A stretch of DNA of 64,000 nucleotides from a virus. Position numbers and translations under genes: made by a program. Where the stretch lies: IMG/VR virus record IMGVR_UViG_3300031758_000006; one strand, written 5' to 3'. The notes under the pieces were generated by a model, which was given only the letters and a program-made list of their open reading frames with translations, did no database searches and had not been told where the DNA came from. Below are positions 28,573 to 38,770 of the stretch, in pieces; the first letter of the stretch is position 1; each line of letters begins with the position of its first letter.

Positions 28573-31506
28573 GTCACCCTCATCCACATATTTTAACATA
28601 ACTGGGTCAGCGTCTTTGTACATGTGGTAAGGACTAACACCCACTTTTTCCCAAAAAAATCTTTCATCTTTTGTTATATACATAACATCCCTATCTAGAT
28701 CATCCTGATCTTTCTGTTCAAATGGTTGACCGTTTATTAGTTGGGATTGTTCTTTAGTAAAGAAAGATCTATCTTCAGGTTTTGTTACCAATATGGAATC
28801 ACGGATTTCTGTTTTAAACACAACTAGTAGTGGTTCCACTCGTTTGTTAAATGTAGATACAGCTCTTGGTATGTTGTATTCCCCTAACATTCCCGGATTA
28901 TTTTCCAAGTCTGACGGATCAATTCTATAACAATTAAGTTGTATAACCGAATCTGAACTAGACGATCTATACGCTACATCTGTTGGTACTCCGGTGTTAG
29001 ATTCTTTATTTTTAGAGTCACTACGTACCCAGTTATCGTCTGACCAGGATTTTTCCCAACCATTGTTTAATAAGTATTGTTCTTTATTCTTATAATCAGA
29101 TCTTTCACCTTCTGAAAAGAACAATCTTACCTGTTCCTCACTCCACCCCCTCTTTGGTCTATTAACTTTCTGAACATCCCCCTGGGAAACTTTTGTTCCA
29201 TTATTAACATAATAAATAACATCACCTAGACTTACATTTAAATTATCTTTAATAACAAGTTCCATGTGAGCTTGTCTAGACATTAAACTACCAGCTTTTG
29301 TTCTTTGTGTACTACGTATTTTGTAATCCTTTACGGTTTGTTTTATCCTACCCTTATTAGCGATCTCAGATAATGGTATTTTCTGATCACAAATCTTTTG
29401 TAAGTACTCATAGTACCACTCAATAAATTCCTGACCCTTACCATCTAATAATAACTTAATACCTTTTTCTAAGAATACCTCAATGTATTTTGGCATCTTC
29501 TTAGACTTAATACTATTACCAGTTAACTTTATTTTTCCTTTAGCTGTGATAAGAGCGTAGTTCTTTCTAGATAAATTAATACACGCTGGCCATTGACCAT
29601 CAGTGTCTAGAGCCATTTCACCTCTCATCGCTAGGTCGTTAAACTCCATCACATCAGCTTCCTCACCAACATATTCCTTACCCTCAACGACTTTCCAGTT
29701 TAACCCCTTACCGACGTATCTTCTGGATTCAGTACCATCAGGTACCGAAAAGTTAATACCATCGGTATCCATCACCAACGGGACATACCCACGATCCATG
29801 AAGAAATGGATCATCATACGAAGATATTGTCTACCGGTACATGTGATCATTTCACCTTTATCGATATCAGCCCAGTGAAATACTTGTGGAGCTGATAACG
29901 CACCAAACATGGAGTTAATGAAAATCTTAACTGGTAATTGTTTACGGTCAAATGATAATGATTTTTTCTTATCTATTGTTGAATACTCTTCAGCTAAGTT
30001 TTTATACATAATACGAGAGTTCCTAAAGTAAGATAATAAACCTTTCATAACTCCAGTCACATCACACTCCGGGAATACATCGTGAACTAATTGGATTGAC
30101 GGGTATAGTGAAGAGTAGTCAAGTTTTAATACATTTCTGGAGTACCCGGTTTTTATTAACCTAGATAATCCACCGACAAATTCACGTCTTTCTTGTTTAC
30201 CTGGAACAGCTAATCCATTTTTATATGACCAAGCCAACATTAATATTTTCCATAGAGTAGCGGTACCCATGGTGGACACCCTCTCATATGTGGTTGGTAG
30301 TAATGACGCGAGAAGAAAAGATCCCTGATTATATTCATCATCAACCAATAATGTTTCTTCTAAGTCATCATCAAGATACCTCTCAACAATATCATCACCA
30401 GTTGTTTTTATGTATGTGTCAGACCTTCTTTCACACACCTCATCGACATTCGGATCAACACCAACCTTTTTATAATTACCATTTTTAATGTTTAACCAAT
30501 ATTCTTCCTTATCCCTATACATTGGACCAATTCTAGTATGGTCAATATAGATTCGATCTTCAGCTTCAGCGTCAATAAATTTTGTGATATACTTAAGACC
30601 GGCTTCCTTAATGTTTGAGTTAATCGCTTGAGCTCTACGAACTGAATGTAGTATGTCAATAACATTATAACCCCATATCTGAGTCTGGGGGAATTTCTCA
30701 ACCTCATTAGCTAATTTTAGTAATGAATCTTTTTGTGATATTGATTTATCTTTGGACAATGACTTACATATTCTTTTAATATCTAAGTTTAACATTTTAC
30801 ACCTTTCAAATATCCAATTCCAGTCAAAGTTAAATGAGTTGTACCCAGCTACTATTGATGGTTTAATCTCGTCAATAATTCTAAAGAATTCGGTAATTCC
30901 TCTTCTTTCTTCATCCTCATCAGAACACTCAATTACTTTTTTGTATCCTTTATTTGTTTTAATTCCTATCATGAATATACGACCGTCTTTAGGTTCTAGA
31001 GCGGTCGTCTCCAAGTCGAATACAAGTCTAGTGATATCATTGTATTCTTCAAAACCTTTAAATAATCTTTTTTCTTTTGATATTAAGTATTGTTCTACCG
31101 GATTTAGAACTAATATTCTATCCTTAGTATTTTCACCCCAAGGATCCAATCCACCATCTCTAAAGAACTGAATCAAGGACCTGTAACCTTTTAATGATTT
31201 AACCATGAATGTTAATCCAGATTCCAGTCTTTCATTCCCATCGGTACGTAATTTTTCAATCATTATACCGTACTTGGTCATAGCTTGTTTTTGTAAATCC
31301 TTTGACGAGTTGTAGAAGTTTAAACCTCTTAAGTCACCCACCCAAGCGAACGCTATTAATGTGTCTCGTTGGACTGTTTTACCCTTACCGGGTACTTCTT
31401 TAATTTTGTAAATGTGATCTGATTTGTGATCAAACTCTACGGAAACAATATATTCTTCCGGGTCGTTTCCTTCTAGGAAATTTTTAATTTCTTCTTGTGA
31501 TATCAT
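28549..31506 (-). CDS. family B DNA polymerase
   Basis: Exo motifs FDLETT, YNSFNFD, YLDDD. Polymerase motifs LDYSSLYPS, KIFINSMFG, MDTDG. Confidence 0.95.
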   Translation of the reverse strand: MISQEEIKNFLEGNDPEEYIVSVEFDHKSDHIYKIKEVPGKGKTVQRDTLIAFAWVGDLRGLNFYNSSKDLQKQAMTKYGIMIEKLRTDGNERLESGLTFMVKSLKGYRSLIQFFRDGGLDPWGENTKDRILVLNPVEQYLISKEKRLFKGFEEYNDITRLVFDLETTALEPKDGRIFMIGIKTNKGYKKVIECSDEDEERRGITEFFRIIDEIKPSIVAGYNSFNFDWNWIFERCKMLNLDIKRICKSLSKDKSISQKDSLLKLANEVEKFPQTQIWGYNVIDILHSVRRAQAINSNIKEAGLKYITKFIDAEAEDRIYIDHTRIGPMYRDKEEYWLNIKNGNYKKVGVDPNVDEVCERRSDTYIKTTGDDIVERYLDDDLEETLLVDDEYNQGSFLLASLLPTTYERVSTMGTATLWKILMLAWSYKNGLAVPGKQERREFVGGLSRLIKTGYSRNVLKLDYSSLYPSIQLVHDVFPECDVTGVMKGLLSYFRNSRIMYKNLAEEYSTIDKKKSLSFDRKQLPVKIFINSMFGALSAPQVFHWADIDKGEMITCTGRQYLRMMIHFFMDRGYVPLVMDTDGINFSVPDGTESRRYVGKGLNWKVVEGKEYVGEEADVMEFNDLAMRGEMALDTDGQWPACINLSRKNYALITAKGKIKLTGNSIKSKKMPKYIEVFLEKGIKLLLDGKGQEFIEWYYEYLQKICDQKIPLSEIANKGRIKQTVKDYKIRSTQRTKAGSLMSRQAHMELVIKDNLNVSLGDVIYYVNNGTKVSQGDVQKVNRPKRGWSEEQVRLFFSEGERSDYKNKEQYLLNNGWEKSWSDDNWVRSDSKNKESNTGVPTDVAYRSSSSDSVIQLNCYRIDPSDLENNPGMLGEYNIPRAVSTFNKRVEPLLVVFKTEIRDSILVTKPEDRSFFTKEQSQLINGQPFEQKDQDDLDRDVMYITKDERFFWEKVGVSPYHMYKDADPVMLKYVDEGDLIYLQSI

Positions 31507-31529
31507 TTGTTAAATTTTGGTGTATTAGC

Positions 31530-31548
31530 TATCGTAACCTTTACGATA
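31530..31548. promoter_or_regulatory. inverted repeat in DNA polymerase leader
   Basis: TATCGTAA-CCT-TTACGATA, a perfect 8-bp stem about 24 nt upstream of the start codon. Confidence 0.5.
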
Positions 31549-31561
31549 TTTACCTTGACCA

Positions 31562-31593
31562 CAAAGATATAATAAAAAAATAATTAAATCAAA
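31562..31593 (-). promoter_or_regulatory. Bacteroidota-type housekeeping promoter for polB
   Basis: Minus strand TTTG (31593-31590), 20-nt spacer, TATCTTTG (31569-31562), matching the TTTG-N19-21-TAnnTTTG consensus. Confidence 0.6.
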
Positions 31594-34320
31594 TTAAATC
31601 CAAGACATTTCAACCCCAGTCACATGAGCTGTCCATCTAATATTATCACTAGCAACCCCAGTCACTAAAATTTCTAATTGATCTAAAGTGTTATTTGCGG
31701 AAATAGAAACATTCCAAGCAGTATTATTTTCAACGTCGGTACCCACTGTTGAAACCGCCCCAATAAGTGTGGTGTTCCCACCAACATTTTTAACAGCAAC
31801 TTTTCTAATATAATGAGCTGAACAACCAACACCACATGGGAATGTTGCGTTTTCTTGAACAGCTGAAATTGATACCGTTAAAAATAAAGCTTTACCACTA
31901 GGTACTGTTAACCCTACTGTACTTGTTGGGTAATCTAAAAATAATTTAGTTGGTGTTGCTGTATTAGTTTTATTTGAAAGTAAAAACTCTACCTTTTGAT
32001 TATCTCCCGGATTTGAAAACGTACCTATCGATAAACTTTGTTGACCATATCTGGATGTTAAAGCACCACAACCATAAGCTGTACTATATTCTGATTGTAC
32101 TGTATTACATCTACCACCAATTATTGAACTATAAGTGGAATTTGAGGATATTCTATTTTGTATTCCGTTAATTATTGTACTATAACAAGTCCCCCCAGAT
32201 ATAAAATTAAGTTGACCATTACCGATCATATTAACACATCCACCACTAAAAATGTAATTTAATGCACCACCGACAATTATACTAGAATTTGACAAAATTG
32301 TATTACAAACACCACCATTAATTATACCATATATCGATGAACAACTAATTGTATTATGTATACCACCATTAATTGATGACCCCGTTGTTCCTGTAAATAC
32401 CGTATTTTTAGCCCCACTATTAATGTTTGAAAAACACGAGGATGATGCTACCGTGTTCCCACTACCCCCACCTATAAATCCATGATCACCATTCAAACAG
32501 TTTGATACCCCACCACCAATAACACTATCCGTGGACATTACTGTATTTGTTGATCCACCACCAATAACAGATCTGGATCCTCTAAGGTTATTAAGTAATC
32601 CACCTAAAACTGAAGAATGGTTACCAATGTTTTGATTACTTTGACCACCAACAATAACACTACAACCACCTAATGATTGATTACCTAAACCATTACCAAC
32701 AAATGAATATTGACCGCAAGATTGATTACAATACCCACCAACAATTGATGAATAACAATTATCTGTTATGTTATTACAACCACCACCAATAAATGAACAA
32801 CAAGAGTTTAATTTGGTTAAGTTCTTTTCCCCTCCGGAAATGACAGAACTACCACCACATGATGTATTACAAATACCACCACCAATCAAAGATTTTGTAC
32901 CTGTTGACCATATTGTGTTTTTACAACCACCATTAATTACTGAACAAAAAGAGTACGATGTATTACATTCTCCACCACCTATCGTATTTAATACACCTTC
33001 ACTGTAATTTAAAATACCACCAGATATTACACTCTTTGAAGTAGGACACATTATTTTATTTTGACATCCACCACCAATTACTGAACAATCACTAGTCCCC
33101 CAAATTGTGTTTAAACACCCACCAGCAATTGTACCATTAGTGGATAAGATGGTGTTGTCATTTCCACCACCAATAACAGCCCCTCCAGACGATACCCAAA
33201 CCACATTTGAATTACCTCCGTTTATGGAACTAACCGTTCCCTCAGATACATTAAAAATTCCACCGGTAATAACCGAACCAATACCATTTGATGTAATAAT
33301 GTTTCCACTACCACCACCAATATTACCACCGGTCTCGATTGTGTTATTATCACCACCACCGATTGTTGACAAAGTACCAATCGCAGTATTAGAACCACCG
33401 CCAGCTATGACTGAACATCTACCGTTTGATGTGTTTGATATTCCACCACCAATTACCGAAAAACAAACTGAAGCGGTATTACAATACCCACCACCGATTG
33501 TTGTGGAACAACCTACAGATGTGTTATAATACCCACCAGTCACGTTACTATATATAGTATAAGAGGTATTACCCTCACCACCAAGTACTGAAGAACAATC
33601 ACCAAAAGAATTAGAATTTACATTTATTCTTTGTGTGGAATTAATACCAGTACCAACCTCATGTAAAATGTCTATCCCAGCTATTGATGCCGTAGTTGTT
33701 TGTGTATTTAAATCTAATGTACCAGTTGTTATGTCATAAGTTCCACCAGTTACATAGTGATCTGTATACCCAGTCACAAATCCGGTTACAGTAAATGTAC
33801 CACCAGTACTGTTTGTAAATTCAACATCGCCAGTATTTAAATCGTAAGTACCTCCTGTCACAAAAGTATCACCAAGTAAAGGCAACAGACTTACAGTATC
33901 ACTAAACCCATCATTTCTAGTTATTGTCAAATCCATCGCTGGAGTTTGGAATGTTAGTCCAGTGAAATATGTGTCAGTAAATCCAGTTATGAGAAAATTA
34001 CTACCATCATTATTTGTTAATGTTAATTCTTCGGTAATGTCATTATATGACCCACCGACAACGTATTGGTATCCAGGTATAGTTATCGTACCACCGGTTG
34101 AGTTATTTAATTGTAGTAATCCTGAAGATGGGAAATATGTCCCACTTACAATATCCCCGCCAGAAGTAACCCCACTTAAAACATAAGGTAAAAACTGACT
34201 TAATGGTGTATGTTTTGTCGTACCACTAAATACATCATAGTTTACTATAGCTATTATGTCATTAGTTGTGTAGCCTGTGTTCCCAACGTAAGGTAACTGT
34301 GATATTCTTTTATCTGCCAT
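31594..34320 (-). CDS. tail-fibre/adhesin-like protein with Cys-rich S(V/T)IGGGxxN repeats
   Basis: MADKRISQL N-terminus, VTGGTY shaft modules, a long run of ~15-aa GG repeats and a beta-sandwich-like C-terminus. Confidence 0.7.
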   Translation of the reverse strand: MADKRISQLPYVGNTGYTTNDIIAIVNYDVFSGTTKHTPLSQFLPYVLSGVTSGGDIVSGTYFPSSGLLQLNNSTGGTITIPGYQYVVGGSYNDITEELTLTNNDGSNFLITGFTDTYFTGLTFQTPAMDLTITRNDGFSDTVSLLPLLGDTFVTGGTYDLNTGDVEFTNSTGGTFTVTGFVTGYTDHYVTGGTYDITTGTLDLNTQTTTASIAGIDILHEVGTGINSTQRINVNSNSFGDCSSVLGGEGNTSYTIYSNVTGGYYNTSVGCSTTIGGGYCNTASVCFSVIGGGISNTSNGRCSVIAGGGSNTAIGTLSTIGGGDNNTIETGGNIGGGSGNIITSNGIGSVITGGIFNVSEGTVSSINGGNSNVVWVSSGGAVIGGGNDNTILSTNGTIAGGCLNTIWGTSDCSVIGGGCQNKIMCPTSKSVISGGILNYSEGVLNTIGGGECNTSYSFCSVINGGCKNTIWSTGTKSLIGGGICNTSCGGSSVISGGEKNLTKLNSCCSFIGGGCNNITDNCYSSIVGGYCNQSCGQYSFVGNGLGNQSLGGCSVIVGGQSNQNIGNHSSVLGGLLNNLRGSRSVIGGGSTNTVMSTDSVIGGGVSNCLNGDHGFIGGGSGNTVASSSCFSNINSGAKNTVFTGTTGSSINGGIHNTISCSSIYGIINGGVCNTILSNSSIIVGGALNYIFSGGCVNMIGNGQLNFISGGTCYSTIINGIQNRISSNSTYSSIIGGRCNTVQSEYSTAYGCGALTSRYGQQSLSIGTFSNPGDNQKVEFLLSNKTNTATPTKLFLDYPTSTVGLTVPSGKALFLTVSISAVQENATFPCGVGCSAHYIRKVAVKNVGGNTTLIGAVSTVGTDVENNTAWNVSISANNTLDQLEILVTGVASDNIRWTAHVTGVEMSWI

Positions 34321-34356
34321 GTTCTTTATTATATAAATATTAATTATAATTAAAAA

Positions 34357-34974
34357 TTACTCCCCAATCCTAACCACCTCAAAATACGGCTGGTTAAAAA
34401 ATGTATTATCAAATACTGGGTACCCTTGATTACCTACACCACCACTAGCACCACCATGTAAACAAACGATCCCGATCCATTCGTTACCTAATGATGTATA
34501 TATTTTTGAACCGGATTTTGTTGACTCACCATTCCCGGTTGTACCAATGAAACCTTGATCTAAGTATTCAATCTTTGTACCTAGATCCCCACTACTTGAT
34601 GTTGTTGAGGTTATCAAGGCCAACCTCAAAAAGTCAGTTCCGTCAGTCATATCGTAACTAGAGTACCTAGCTTTAATTAAATATCTACCGGGTAATATTA
34701 GTTCTATTTTACTGCTGGTTGGATTAAAAACCGACGGAGAAGTGTTAATTACGGTATTATTATACGGGACTAAAAACTCAACACCATTGGTCGTATTAGA
34801 CAAACCAGAAGAACCATTAATGTTTATTTTACAATATGGGAACTGTAAATATTCGGTTATTGATGAAAATGGAGTGTGATAAGTTGTTCCGGTTAATTCG
34901 ATGGGGAATAGGGTATCCTCAGTTATATTAGTGAGTACTGGTAATTCACCGATTGTTTTTCCTGTTAGTGACAT
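34357..34974 (-). CDS. fibre-associated protein with C1q/TNF-like beta-sandwich
   Basis: KTIGELP N-terminal motif; FLVPYNNTVIN...FNP...PGRYLIKA pattern. Confidence 0.45.
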   Translation of the reverse strand: MSLTGKTIGELPVLTNITEDTLFPIELTGTTYHTPFSSITEYLQFPYCKININGSSGLSNTTNGVEFLVPYNNTVINTSPSVFNPTSSKIELILPGRYLIKARYSSYDMTDGTDFLRLALITSTTSSSGDLGTKIEYLDQGFIGTTGNGESTKSGSKIYTSLGNEWIGIVCLHGGASGGVGNQGYPVFDNTFFNQPYFEVVRIGE

Positions 34975-34986
34975 AATCTTATTTAT

Positions 34987-36216
34987 TTATATTGGGTTAT
35001 TATATTTTAAGTAATTGTTTAAACCCACATTTAGATACGTATCACTGCCAACTATAATTGGATCGATAATATAATATGTGGATGTTGGGGTTACAGTTGG
35101 GGTTGGTGTTATAGTATTTGTTGGTGTTACGGTAGGTGTTACAGTTGGTGTTACAGTTGGTGTTATAGTATTTGTTGGTGTTACGGTAGGTGTATTTGTT
35201 GGTGTTACGGTAGGTGTATTTGTTGGTGTTACAGTTGGTGTTATAGTATTTGTTGGTGTTACAGTTGGTGTTACAGTTGGTGTTATGGTATTTGTTGGTG
35301 TTACAGTTGGTGTATTTGTTGGTGTTACAGTTGGTGTTACAGTTGGTGTTACAGTTGGTGTATTTGTTGGCGTTACAGTTGGTGTATTTGTTGGCGTTAC
35401 AGTTGGTGTTACGGTAGGTGTATTTGTTGGTGTAGGTGATATTGGAAATATTTCCTCAATTTGCCAATTTAAATTTGACGGGTCCGTAGTCACATCTGTA
35501 AATTGATCCACACGAGTTAAATTAGAGTAATCCTCACCCAGGTTAATTACTGTAGAACCAAAATTACTACCCTGTGATATGGTAACACCGGTAGTTATTG
35601 TTATTGGTAAACCACTAAATACACCTAAATTGTGTGTAAAATTTAATGTGGTATCGATAATTACGGGTTTATTAGAAAATAGATTATACGTTATGTTTAC
35701 CGACCCGGGTAATACCGTAACCACCAATGTCAATTCCGTTGGTGTTTCGGGGTTTATAAAACAAAATTGAGTTGTTGTCGTTGTTATCACCGGGTTAGAC
35801 GGTACACAACAAGGAAATTCCGAAACATAACATGAGTCGTACATCAAATCGTCAGAGATAAAACTATCCTGAACTGTTATATATAATTTTTCCCTGATTG
35901 GTAATATTAAATTACCCTCATTTGTTTTTAATAAAAATTGTCCTTCATACCTACCAACACGATTTGTGTCTTTATTTGTGAACTGGTAATACACATAATA
36001 TTCTGGACTAGCGTTTGGGTCTAACATTATTTTATTTACAAACCCAGCTGGTCTAGTTACTAACTTTGGTATCCCATTTTCAGTATCAATCATAGAGAAG
36101 AAAATGGACGATTCCTCAATAAGATCCATCATCTTATTGTAATCACTACGACCATCCTTCACTACTTGTAATTTTAAAACCGGTAGTGTGGCATTTTTTT
36201 TAATGAAAAACTCCAT
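34987..36216 (-). CDS. BppU-like baseplate/fibre-anchoring domain + mucin-like PT tract
   Basis: [16 protein letters not shown]...[15 protein letters not shown]...LILP is BppU-N-like, followed by ~110 aa of [14 protein letters not shown] repeats. Confidence 0.65.
   Translation of the reverse strand: MEFFIKKNATLPVLKLQVVKDGRSDYNKMMDLIEESSIFFSMIDTENGIPKLVTRPAGFVNKIMLDPNASPEYYVYYQFTNKDTNRVGRYEGQFLLKTNEGNLILPIREKLYITVQDSFISDDLMYDSCYVSEFPCCVPSNPVITTTTTQFCFINPETPTELTLVVTVLPGSVNITYNLFSNKPVIIDTTLNFTHNLGVFSGLPITITTGVTISQGSNFGSTVINLGEDYSNLTRVDQFTDVTTDPSNLNWQIEEIFPISPTPTNTPTVTPTVTPTNTPTVTPTNTPTVTPTVTPTVTPTNTPTVTPTNTITPTVTPTVTPTNTITPTVTPTNTPTVTPTNTPTVTPTNTITPTVTPTVTPTVTPTNTITPTPTVTPTSTYYIIDPIIVGSDTYLNVGLNNYLKYNNPI
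35094..35435. repeat. 12-bp-unit coding tandem repeat (PTVT/PTNT)
   Basis: Near-exact GTTGGTGTTACA / GTTGGTGTATTT units repeated more than 20 times. Confidence 0.95.
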
Positions 36217-36243
36217 TTAATGTTTTTAATATAAATATATTAA

Positions 36244-37920
36244 TTAACATTCTTTTCTTAAATTTCCATCATAAAAATCAAATCGATTGTGTTCTGTTGG
36301 TGTTAACAACAACAATCCAGGTTTAATATTTCCCTTAATTGTTTCTTGATAGCAATTAGACATTAATGTCTGTTCGTAAGGATGTTTAAATTTTGTTTTT
36401 AAGTAACACTTATAATTACCCACTTTTGACATTAGAATAGGCCAATTTGATAGGTATATCTCCCCAGATACATATGGAATACCACCATACGATTTTATGT
36501 GTTTAAATTCTAAATCAGGTGAGTTTGGGTCCAGTCCAATTAAAGGCAGTGATCTGTTGTTAGGCCAATGACTTTCTCTAAAATGTTGTGGTACATTATA
36601 CCAAGACCATTGTTTATCGTGACTCCCAAAAAATTCGGTAAAGTTTAATTTTAAAAAATCAAACCCCTCTTTTTTTAGAATTAATAATGATTTTTTAAAT
36701 AAGTTTTTAACTTTTCTGTTAAACCCGTTTTTACATGTTTGATCAACACCATTATAAAAAAACATATCATCCTCAAAGAAATAGTAAAAGGATAGATCTT
36801 CTTGGTCATTAAAATGTTCAGATATAAACTGTCTACCACCAGTAATTCCGATGTTATCTTTTTTTATATGTTCAAAACCATACATTTCACATAACCTAAC
36901 ATATTCATCCGTAGTCGTTAGATCGGTCGAGTTATTAAGTAGAAATTTTTTAGTACTAAAAATAAAATCAGAGTCATACTCCAGTATGGACTCAATCAAG
37001 GTTTCGAATTGTTTTGGTGAATTAAAAGTGATGACATATAAACCCACAGAACCATTATCATTAGAATAGTCATTTGGTTCTTTTTTGTTCTTTGTTTTTA
37101 AAACTAAATTATTGTTTTTAACATCTTCAAAAAATTTATATAATAAACCATTACCCTCAATCTCGTAATAGTTTATCACATCCGGGTTATGGTATAACAA
37201 TATAGTAAATAAACTTTCCTCAGTACCCATGAACCCCTCACTCAATGTTTGAGTTAAAATATTATAATATAATGTATTTAGTTCTGTTATCAACTCCTTA
37301 TCCCCACCAAAAAATCCACCTCTAGCCACAATATTAGGGTTATCATTTGTCATCTCACACATTTTACTAAATGTAAATCCGTGTATTTCCGAGTTAGTTT
37401 CATATGGGAAACATATAAAATTAAATTTACTTAATTCACTATCTATTTTAGATAAAACTAAATCCTTTGTAAAATAACCTAAATGAATGGTATTTGTTAT
37501 ACCAGCGTCAATCCAAAATAATTTATCTGAATCAAATCTGTCTAAAATTTTTGCGTCATGTAATAAAAACATTTTAGACATTACTAATGGATTATACATC
37601 TCCAACTTAGCTTGTGTCGAATCAGATAACCATCCGACTTGATTATACCAATCGGGGTTGTTTCTAATCGTTTGGATTTTATCATAGTATTCATTGTTTT
37701 TAAACCAAGTAAGGTCTCTTAAAACAAATTGGGTGTTTTCCCTGGATCTATGTTTGAAAACAAACTCCATTAAATTTTCATCACCAAAAATTATAAGATT
37801 ACAATCAATGGTTAATAATTCCGTGAATTTTTCTAAATAATAATCAAATGACCTGGACCATCCTTCAGACATATCACCACGACCAATATCCCACAATCCA
37901 GTAACTAAAGTTGTTTTCAT
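36244..37920 (-). CDS. two-domain glycosyltransferase: HtrL/YibB(WlaTC)-like + GT-A
   Basis: TTLVTGLWDIGR...RSFDYYL, LFWIDAG, GGFFGG, GTEESLF. Second domain VGLYVITFN...DNIGITGGRQ...FFEDDM. Confidence 0.7.
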   Translation of the reverse strand: MKTTLVTGLWDIGRGDMSEGWSRSFDYYLEKFTELLTIDCNLIIFGDENLMEFVFKHRSRENTQFVLRDLTWFKNNEYYDKIQTIRNNPDWYNQVGWLSDSTQAKLEMYNPLVMSKMFLLHDAKILDRFDSDKLFWIDAGITNTIHLGYFTKDLVLSKIDSELSKFNFICFPYETNSEIHGFTFSKMCEMTNDNPNIVARGGFFGGDKELITELNTLYYNILTQTLSEGFMGTEESLFTILLYHNPDVINYYEIEGNGLLYKFFEDVKNNNLVLKTKNKKEPNDYSNDNGSVGLYVITFNSPKQFETLIESILEYDSDFIFSTKKFLLNNSTDLTTTDEYVRLCEMYGFEHIKKDNIGITGGRQFISEHFNDQEDLSFYYFFEDDMFFYNGVDQTCKNGFNRKVKNLFKKSLLILKKEGFDFLKLNFTEFFGSHDKQWSWYNVPQHFRESHWPNNRSLPLIGLDPNSPDLEFKHIKSYGGIPYVSGEIYLSNWPILMSKVGNYKCYLKTKFKHPYEQTLMSNCYQETIKGNIKPGLLLLTPTEHNRFDFYDGNLRKEC

Positions 37921-38765
37921 TAATCAAATATATTGTAAAAATATTTTATACTATCGTCAGTGTGTTCAGGTCTTCTATACCAGTCATCAAAAGAAATTAA
38001 ATTAATACCGTTATTATTGTTATAAAATAAACAAGATAGTATTTGTTCTTCCATATATAACTCCTTCTCACTATTGAGTAACTCAACCAGTAAGTTCTCA
38101 AATTGATCCCTAAAGTTTGAAAATAATTCAGGTTTCCCACCAAAAAATCCACCTATAACATGGTGATCCCTTTGGTAATCTATATAATACTTGGTTGGTA
38201 AGGTTTGTGACCAGAAAAATCTACCGGTATTATTCTTCCCAACCAAAATAAATTTTTCATCTGACATATCATTAAGTTTATTTAAAAATCCACTATTAAA
38301 TGATGTGAATGAGTAATACCTATCATAACCAGTACCGTAAGCTAAATTTTCGGGGAATAACCCACTATGTGATAGTCCAGCGTCAAACCAATATATTCTA
38401 TCATATTGGTTTTTATTCTCTAACATATCGTACCAAAAAAATTTATTATACTGAACTTCAAAACATCGGTCAATAGTCTTCATAAGTTCTAAATCTTTTA
38501 AAGATCTAATCTGATTAAAATATTTAGTGTCATGTAAATCAAAAACAATAAACTCAAGTTTTTCTGGTGAAACACCCCAGTTATTATAAAAATGATTTTT
38601 TAAATCATTCAACTCTTCTTGCGGTACAAAACAAATAAATTTATTAGCTTCTAAGTTTAAAATATTTTTTAATGAAGATCTGTAGTGATAATGTCTCGAC
38701 GGTCTACCACCAAATTCAGTTCCCCATAAATTTGAGTATATTGACGTGTAAATTAATGTTTTCAT
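37920..38765 (-). CDS. HtrL/YibB-like glycosyltransferase
   Basis: QYNKFFW, IYWFDAGL, IGGFFGG, YMEEQILS parallel the first domain of the adjacent gene. Confidence 0.65.
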   Translation of the reverse strand: MKTLIYTSIYSNLWGTEFGGRPSRHYHYRSSLKNILNLEANKFICFVPQEELNDLKNHFYNNWGVSPEKLEFIVFDLHDTKYFNQIRSLKDLELMKTIDRCFEVQYNKFFWYDMLENKNQYDRIYWFDAGLSHSGLFPENLAYGTGYDRYYSFTSFNSGFLNKLNDMSDEKFILVGKNNTGRFFWSQTLPTKYYIDYQRDHHVIGGFFGGKPELFSNFRDQFENLLVELLNSEKELYMEEQILSCLFYNNNNGINLISFDDWYRRPEHTDDSIKYFYNIFD

Positions 38766-38770
38766 ATTTA

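Noticed and set aside
28950-29180. Extra segment in the C-terminal part of PolB as a possible intein
   Set aside because: No Cys/Ser start, no His-Asn end and no LAGLIDADG motifs; too short.
35094-35435. Possible CRISPR array
   Set aside because: Units are contiguous 12-bp in-frame codon repeats with no unique spacers, and no cas genes are present.
35078-35506. Val/Gly-repeat ORF on the + strand, and similar ones at 45174-45483, 33107-33529, 1568-2266 and others
   Set aside because: Antisense shadows of low-complexity repeats in the real minus-strand genes; no independent start context.
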